Assembly (NCBI GenBank): GCA_913041895.1 | Contig: CAJWKQ010000003.1 | Span: 1-48,254 of the forward strand | DNA: 48,254 bases | Direction: 5' to 3' | From: an uncultured Verrucomicrobiales bacterium | Lineage (GTDB): Bacteria; Verrucomicrobiota; Verrucomicrobiia; Limisphaerales; UBA1100 | Part shown: in pieces, positions 45,066-48,254 of the stretch | Numbering within the stretch: position 1 is the stretch's first letter | How the letters are laid out: each line of letters starts with the position of its first letter | Made by a program: the position numbers and the translations under genes | The notes under the pieces: generated by a model | The model's input: only the letters and a program-made list of their open reading frames with translations | What the model was told of the DNA's origin: nothing | The model's database searches: none

Positions 45066-46490
45066 ATGAATAACAGACGCGAATTCCTCAAGACCGCCTC
45101 ATCCGCCACCCTTGCTGCCTTGGCTGCAGGTGCTCCAAATGTAACAGCTGATTCTGCGCCCCGTTCCGAGTGGCCCACTCCAAAGGCTGATTCTATCATT
45201 CTCTTATGGATGGCAGGCGGAATGGCTGCTCCTGATACCTTCGACCCGAAGCGCTACGTTCCCTTCGATGTAGGCGTCCCGCTGGAAAAAATTATCAGCA
45301 CCTTCCCTGCAATAGATACCAATGTGGATGGCATCAAAATTACGGAGGGGCTGGAAAATGTCGCAAAGGTTATGGATCGGGGCACTTTAATCAGAACCCA
45401 CAAGGTGGCTGATCTGGGGCATATTCTACATAGCCGTCATCAATACCACTGGCACACTGGCTACGAACCTCCTATCACAGTCGCTGCGCCACACATTGGC
45501 TCATGGGTTGCCAAAAGCCTCGGGCCACGCAACCCCGCTATCCCTCCTTTTATCGATGTGGGACAAGTGATGAGTGCAGGAGGGGAAACAGAAGCTCTTA
45601 AAGCCTTTCACACCGCCGGATTCCTTGGTAGCGAACATGGGCCATTCATGATTCCTAATCCAGATCTTGCAGCGAAGGCGGTCCAGCCTCCCGCAGGAAT
45701 GGATGCAGGACGTTTTAGTAACAGATACAAAGCCTTTAAAAAGCTGGCCGAAAGCTCCCCCATAGCTCGACATGGATCTTCTTACCAACGGGATTCCTTG
45801 CTTCGTTCAATGGAAAATGCGTACCGAATCCTGAATGACAAGAAAGCAGCCAGTGCCTTTGATATCTCTTTGGAGGAAAAAGATAGCTTCGCCAAATACA
45901 ACACAGGAGAATTCGGGCGCGGATGCCTATTAGCCCGGCGCTTGGTCGAGGCAGGGGCACGCTTCATAGAAGTCACCACTGGTTATTATCCCTTTAAGAA
46001 ATGGGATACTCACGAGAATGGGCATACCACGGTGCGCCAAATGAAAAGGGAAATCGATCAGCCTATCGCCCAATTGATCCTCGACCTTGAGACTCGCGGC
46101 CTGCTAGACCGAACTCTGGTTGTGTTGGCCAGCGAGTTTAGTCGTGACATGATCATTGAGGGTGTGCCAGGCAGTTCAGCTCGGGATCAGTCTCGAGCCA
46201 AGACTGACGTCCTTAAAGAAATGAAACATTATGGACAACATCGCCATTTCACTGGCTCAGGCTCTGTCCTTATGTTTGGCGGTGGCATCAAGAGAGGATT
46301 CCTGTATGGCGAAACCGCCGAGGAAAGACCTCTGCTGTCAGTGAAAAACCCGGTTACTATCCCTGATTTGCACGCAACAATATTTCATGCTCTTGGCATA
46401 CCTGCAGATCATAATTATGAAATCGAAAAGCGCCCCTTCTATCTGACTAAAGACGGTAAGGGAAAGCCCATACCAGCCCTTTTTGCCTAA
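45066..46490 (+). CDS. DUF1501 domain protein with Tat signal
   Basis: RREFLK, LWMAGG...DTFDPK, CLLARRLVEAGARFIEV, WDTH, DQPIA.LI.DL..RGLLDRTLV...SEFSR, GGGIK.G..YG.T, DLHATI. Confidence 0.92.
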   Translation: MNNRREFLKTASSATLAALAAGAPNVTADSAPRSEWPTPKADSIILLWMAGGMAAPDTFDPKRYVPFDVGVPLEKIISTFPAIDTNVDGIKITEGLENVAKVMDRGTLIRTHKVADLGHILHSRHQYHWHTGYEPPITVAAPHIGSWVAKSLGPRNPAIPPFIDVGQVMSAGGETEALKAFHTAGFLGSEHGPFMIPNPDLAAKAVQPPAGMDAGRFSNRYKAFKKLAESSPIARHGSSYQRDSLLRSMENAYRILNDKKAASAFDISLEEKDSFAKYNTGEFGRGCLLARRLVEAGARFIEVTTGYYPFKKWDTHENGHTTVRQMKREIDQPIAQLILDLETRGLLDRTLVVLASEFSRDMIIEGVPGSSARDQSRAKTDVLKEMKHYGQHRHFTGSGSVLMFGGGIKRGFLYGETAEERPLLSVKNPVTIPDLHATIFHALGIPADHNYEIEKRPFYLTKDGKGKPIPALFA

Positions 46491-46531
46491 ATCCTTGCTT
46501 AGGCTCTCCCTAGTCCTGCATTCTTCCGTCC

Positions 46532-47698
46532 ATGGAAATCACTAACGCTCGGCTAATCCTGCCTGATTCAATTGAGCGCGGATCCCTAAGCATTCGTAAC
46601 GGGCGAATCCAAAAAATTTCCAAAAGCGCCAGAGCAGCTACTAAAGCAAACGTTGAATGTATAAATCTACGGGGTGGATTCCTTGCTCCCGGCTTTGTTG
46701 ATATTCATATACATGGAGCACTTGGCCGTGACACCATGGAAGCTGACCCGGACGCTTTTCGACAGATCACCGAGTTTCACCTTAAGGGAGGCACTACTTC
46801 TCTCACCTTGACCACACTTTCTGCTTCGCAGAAAGATATCCTTAAAACGCTCAAAGCCATTAAGCCATTTCATAATAAATCCATGGGCGGATCACGCATC
46901 GTGGGTGTACATGTCGAAGGCCCGTTTATTAATAAAGTCCGTGCAGGGGCCCAGAACCCGGATTACTGCCGTAATCCAACTGCCAAAGAGTGGGGACCTA
47001 TACTAAAATACGGTAAACTTATCACTCAAATGACCCTAGCCCCTGAATTGCCGCGGGCGAATACCTTGATAAAGGCCCTGCGTAAAAACGGCTCCATTGC
47101 CAGTGGAGGACACACAGACGCAGTGGAAAAAGATTTGTTTCCAGCACTTAAATCCGGCCTAAACCAAAGCACTCACACCTTCAATGCCATGAGTGGGCTG
47201 GTTAAAAAAGGACCTTATCGCTCAGCCGGAATGCTGGAATTCGCGTTGGCTCATGATGCCATTACCTGTGAACTGATTGCCGATGGACAACACGTGCCGC
47301 CTGTCCTAATGCGCATGTTATTTAATGCTAAACCTCGTGATAAAGTCGTCATTATTACCGATGCCACCAAGGGCGCCGGGTTAAGAACAGGCACAAAATT
47401 TGAAATGTATGGTGTTGCCGCACGAGTCACTAAAACGACTGCAGAAGTCGTGGACGGACGAGGCCTGGCTGGAAGCACACTAACGATGATTCGTGCGGTA
47501 CAAACCGCTGTCGAGCAAGCCAATGTCCCGCTGGTTGATGCAGTCTATATGTCTACCCTCAATCCCGCTCGACAAATTGGAAGGGCAAAAGAATTCGGCT
47601 CGCTGAAAAAGGGGAAGAGAGCTGATCTGGTTTGGTTTGATAATAAATTCAAAGTCAAGGGTGTGTGGCTCGAAGGCAAGATGCTCCACAGAGCTTAG
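46532..47698 (+). CDS. nagA: N-acetylglucosamine-6-phosphate deacetylase
   Basis: PGFVDIHIHG, GVHVEGPF, GAQ, TLAPE, GHT, THTFNAM, LIADGQHV, ITDA, LAGSTLTM, NPA, GKRADLV. Confidence 0.93.
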   Translation: MEITNARLILPDSIERGSLSIRNGRIQKISKSARAATKANVECINLRGGFLAPGFVDIHIHGALGRDTMEADPDAFRQITEFHLKGGTTSLTLTTLSASQKDILKTLKAIKPFHNKSMGGSRIVGVHVEGPFINKVRAGAQNPDYCRNPTAKEWGPILKYGKLITQMTLAPELPRANTLIKALRKNGSIASGGHTDAVEKDLFPALKSGLNQSTHTFNAMSGLVKKGPYRSAGMLEFALAHDAITCELIADGQHVPPVLMRMLFNAKPRDKVVIITDATKGAGLRTGTKFEMYGVAARVTKTTAEVVDGRGLAGSTLTMIRAVQTAVEQANVPLVDAVYMSTLNPARQIGRAKEFGSLKKGKRADLVWFDNKFKVKGVWLEGKMLHRA

Positions 47699-47735
47699 CA
47701 GGCTGTTCTAAAGAAATGATGGGCAGGAAAAAGAT

Positions 47736-47812
47736 TGGCACCCCTGAGAGGATTTGAACCTCCGACCAATTGTTTAGGAAACAACTGCTCTATCCAACTG
47801 AGCTACAGGGGC
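47736..47812 (-). tRNA. tRNA-Arg(CCT)
   Basis: Minus strand GCCCCTGTAGCTCAGTTGGATAGAGCAGTTGTTTCCTAAACAATTGGTCGGAGGTTCAAATCCTCTCAGGGGTGCCA. 77 nt, canonical D and T arms, anticodon loop TTCCTAA, encoded CCA. Confidence 0.95.
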
Positions 47813-48038
47813 AAGAGCATTGTGCCCCCCGAAGAGTTTGGCTGCAAGCTCCTGAACCAGACAGTTACTTAAAGGCCGTAGAAAGCGTTTGTTTATTATT
47901 GGTCACTGGTTTAATATGGTTTTATTCACTTTCTGCAATCCCTAGAAGTCAGAGTGCATATTGCACTCCCGAAAATGATGGGGTCTTGACGATTGATTCG
48001 AGTATGTTAGCCTAGAAGGCTAGCCTTTTTTACACGTT

Positions 48039-48254
48039 GTGAAACCTGTGTCTGTAGACAACGGGCGGGTGGGTTCCTCTCGTCCTTTTACCAAGTATTA
48101 TCTACTTTTAGTGGGAATAGTGGTGCTTCAGTTTACCGGAGGAGACAGCCGTACCCGGGACCGAGAACAACGCTTGAGGGAGGCGCAGGAGGCTCCGGTC
48201 AAGGTGAGCGCAAGGGAGCGTGCCCTCAACCGGCATGAGGAGGGGACCAGTCGT
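48039..48254 (+). CDS. Probable partial CDS (5' end) of a membrane-anchored protein running off the window
   Basis: GTG 48039 opens 72 stop-free codons to the window end: MKPVSVDNGRVGSSRPFTKYYLLLVGIVVLQFTGG..., including a hydrophobic segment. Confidence 0.45.
   Translation, partial: MKPVSVDNGRVGSSRPFTKYYLLLVGIVVLQFTGGDSRTRDREQRLREAQEAPVKVSARERALNRHEEGTSR

Noticed and set aside
245-47689. Numerous 60-240 aa ORFs overlapping the called genes in other frames or antisense
   Set aside because: They lie within well-supported CDSs and show no motifs or initiation signals; treated as shadow ORFs.
47736-47812. tRNA-Arg as an integration site for a genomic island
   Set aside because: nagA ends 37 nt from the tRNA 3' end. 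I saw no integrase and no duplicated tRNA 3' fragment in the window.
47770-48015. 81-aa ORF in the track
   Set aside because: It overlaps the tRNA antisense and its promoter region and has no recognisable motif.

Overview
A gene-dense 48 kb bacterial chromosomal segment, very probably from a PVC-superphylum organism (most likely Verrucomicrobiota). This is inferred from an H-X9-DG pilin-like C-terminus, DUF1080, a planctomycete-type cytochrome c/DUF1501 pair, GYF_2 proteins and FG-GAP propellers. Housekeeping genes include comM/yifB, ald, mutS, murA, prmC, a UvrD/PcrA helicase, aas, nagA, apbE and tRNA-Arg(CCT). No integrase, transposase, phage gene or CRISPR array is visible. The best candidate for an undescribed system is a split Fe-S/lipoyl-carrier/isoprenoid module. 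One part is a cysteine desulfurase divergent from an orphan GcvH-like carrier, a CobW-type GTPase, a stand-alone HdrA-N-terminal-like Cys domain and a 2x[4Fe-4S] ferredoxin (15.5-19.6 kb). The other part is a DUF116-polyprenyl synthase fusion and a prenyltransferase-repeat protein (26.1-28.7 kb). Other points of interest: a coupled papain-amidase/ATP-grasp/membrane-anchored gamma-glutamyl hydrolase operon; a histone H1-like gene; a T11 tract in the putative mutS promoter spacer; a secreted VIT-vWA plus repeat/chagasin pair; an SPFH-GYF-polyproline operon with a possible internal start; and a recurring leaderless promoter architecture. All family calls come from motif recognition by eye, not database searches.
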